A stretch of DNA of 25,312 nucleotides from a virus (lineage: Duplodnaviria; Heunggongvirae; Uroviricota; Caudoviricetes): IMG/VR virus record IMGVR_UViG_648276668_000012, one strand, 5' to 3'. Shown here in pieces: positions 23,903-25,312 of this stretch. The position numbers were made by a program, and so were the translations under genes. The notes under the pieces are model-generated. The model had not been told where the DNA came from. It saw only the letters and a program-made list of their open reading frames with translations, and made no database searches. Positions within the stretch are counted from its first letter, which is position 1, and each line of letters begins with the position of its first letter.

Positions 23903-25312
23903 GCACAAAATTTTATACCCTGCTGACGGATATTGGCGCGGCGAAACTTGCCAGCGCCGCCGCGCTCGGTGTGCCTTTAAAAAATTACCCATATGGCGGT
24001 CGGCGATGGCGGCGGAACATTGCCAACGCCGGACGCAAAGCAGACAGCATTGGTAAATGAGAAACGCCGGGCTGCGCTGAATATGCTCTATATCGACCCG
24101 CAGAACAGCAGCCAGATTATTGCTGAACAGGTGATCCCTGAAAACGAGGGCGGTTGGTGGATACGTGAAGTGGGCCTGTTTGATGAGTCCGGGGCATTGA
24201 TTGCCGTGGGCAACTGCCCGGAAAGCTATAAGCCGCAACTGGCTGAAGGCAGCGGGCGCACCCAGACCGTGCGCATGGTGCTGATTACCAGCAGCACGGA
24301 CAATATCACCCTGAAAATCGACCCTGCCGTCGTGCTGGCAACCCGCAAGTATGTGGATGACAAGGTACTGGAGCTGAAGGTGTACGTGGATGATAAGATG
24401 GCAAAACATCTTGCCGCACCGGACCCGCATTCACAGTATGCACCCAAAGAAAGCCCGACATTGACCGGAACACCCAAAGCGCCAACGCCAGCGGAGGGGA
24501 ATAACACCACGCAGATTGCGACCACCGCGTTTGTTCAGGCGGCACTGACGGCCCTTATTAATGGTGCGCCAGCCACACTGGATACGCTGAAAGAAATTGC
24601 CGCTGCCATTAATAATGACCCGAAATTCAGTACCACCATTAACAATGCGCTGGCACTAAAAGCACCGCTGTCGAGTCCGGCACTCACCGGAACGCCAACA
24701 GCCCCCACGGCGGCGCAGTCGGTCAACAATACACAGATTGCCACTACGGCTTTTGTGAAATCGGCGATTGCGGCAATGGTGGGTTCTGCACCTGCGGCAC
24801 TGGATACACTGAATGAACTGGCTGCGGCGCTGGGGAATGACCCGAACTTTGCCACGACAATGCTTAATGCGCTGGCAGGCAAACAACCGCTGGACAATAC
24901 GTTGACTAATTTGAGTGGAAAAGATGTTGCTGGTCTTCTCGCATACCTTGGTTTGGGAGAAGGTGCTCCAGCTATTGGCGTTCCGTTCTTCTGGCCCTCC
25001 GCGGCAATGCCAAATACTGTAATCGACAGCTGGTCCGGTATGGTGTTTTTGAAGTTCAACGGGGCGAAATTTTCTGCCTCTGATTACCCTGTGCTGGCGA
25101 AAGTGTTTCCTGCGCTGGTATTACCTGAAGCCCGCGGTGATTTCATTCGTATCTGGGATGACGGGCGAGGTGTAGACGGTGGTCGCATGTTGTTAAGCGC
25201 ACAGGACTTTGCTCAGCAGCGTATAACAGGGGATTTCATGGGGGGAGCTATGGGTAGCTCTGGCTCAATAAAAGCGGGTGCACTTGTTAATTCTTACACC
25301 AATTACGGTGCT
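23899..25312 (+). pseudogene. H: Tail fibre protein H (P2 gpH family), frameshifted at an A6 run; 3' end lies beyond the window
   Basis: Frame from the ATG at 23899 gives 'MSTKFYTLLTDIGAAKLASAAALGVPLK' then stops at 24058-24060; the +1 frame from 23984 continues with 'ITHMAVGDGGG...' (matching the P2 H N-terminal region) and stays open to 25312; the frames join at the A-run 23979-23984. Confidence 0.75.
24461..24906 (+). repeat. Imperfect tandem duplication (two units of about 222 bp / 74 aa) inside the tail-fibre gene
   Basis: Protein repeats 'LTGTPKAPTPAEGNNTTQIATTAFVQAAL...DTLKEIAAAINNDPKFSTTINNALA' and 'LTGTPTAPTAAQSVNNTQIATTAFVKSAI...DTLNELAAALGNDPNFATTMLNALA'. Confidence 0.7.

Noticed and set aside
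23327-24430. 367-aa minus-strand ORF, plus smaller minus-strand ORFs at 24226-24545 and 24535-25059
   Set aside because: Antisense to the well-supported tail genes I and H; long spurious ORFs of this kind are expected on the opposite strand of GC-rich coding DNA, and the products have no recognisable features.
24461-24906. Possible CRISPR-like repeat array
   Set aside because: The repeats are about 222 bp, imperfect, in-frame and coding (tail-fibre domain duplication), with no short direct repeats or spacers; no CRISPR array is present in the window.

Overview
The window is most of a P2/186-family temperate prophage of an enterobacterial host, running from the integrase (window start) to a tail-fibre gene that is still open at the window end. 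The backbone is a 186-type lysogeny/early module (int, CI, Apl/Cox, CII, TraR-like zinc finger, Dam methylase, replication protein A, an SOS-controlled Tum/DinI-like gene) joined to a P2-type morphogenesis and lysis module (Q, P, O, N, M, L, X, pinholin, SAR endolysin, LysA/B/C, R, S, V, W, J, I, H). Four AT-rich cargo insertions interrupt this GC-rich backbone: (1) a co-oriented multi-gene island between cI and int (1135-3651) encoding a C-terminally membrane-anchored protein, a 233-aa protein, a small ORF and an ASCH-domain protein; (2) a secreted protein at the tin/old-equivalent position (10214-10639); (3) a 2-TM membrane protein between cos and the portal gene (11088-11633); (4) a reverse-strand 4-TM protein with its own terminator between tail genes S and V (20483-21427). 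The cI-int island is the best candidate for an undescribed defence or lysogenic-conversion system. The tail-fibre gene H carries a frameshift at an A6 run. All calls rest on reading the supplied translations and sequence by eye; no database search was run.
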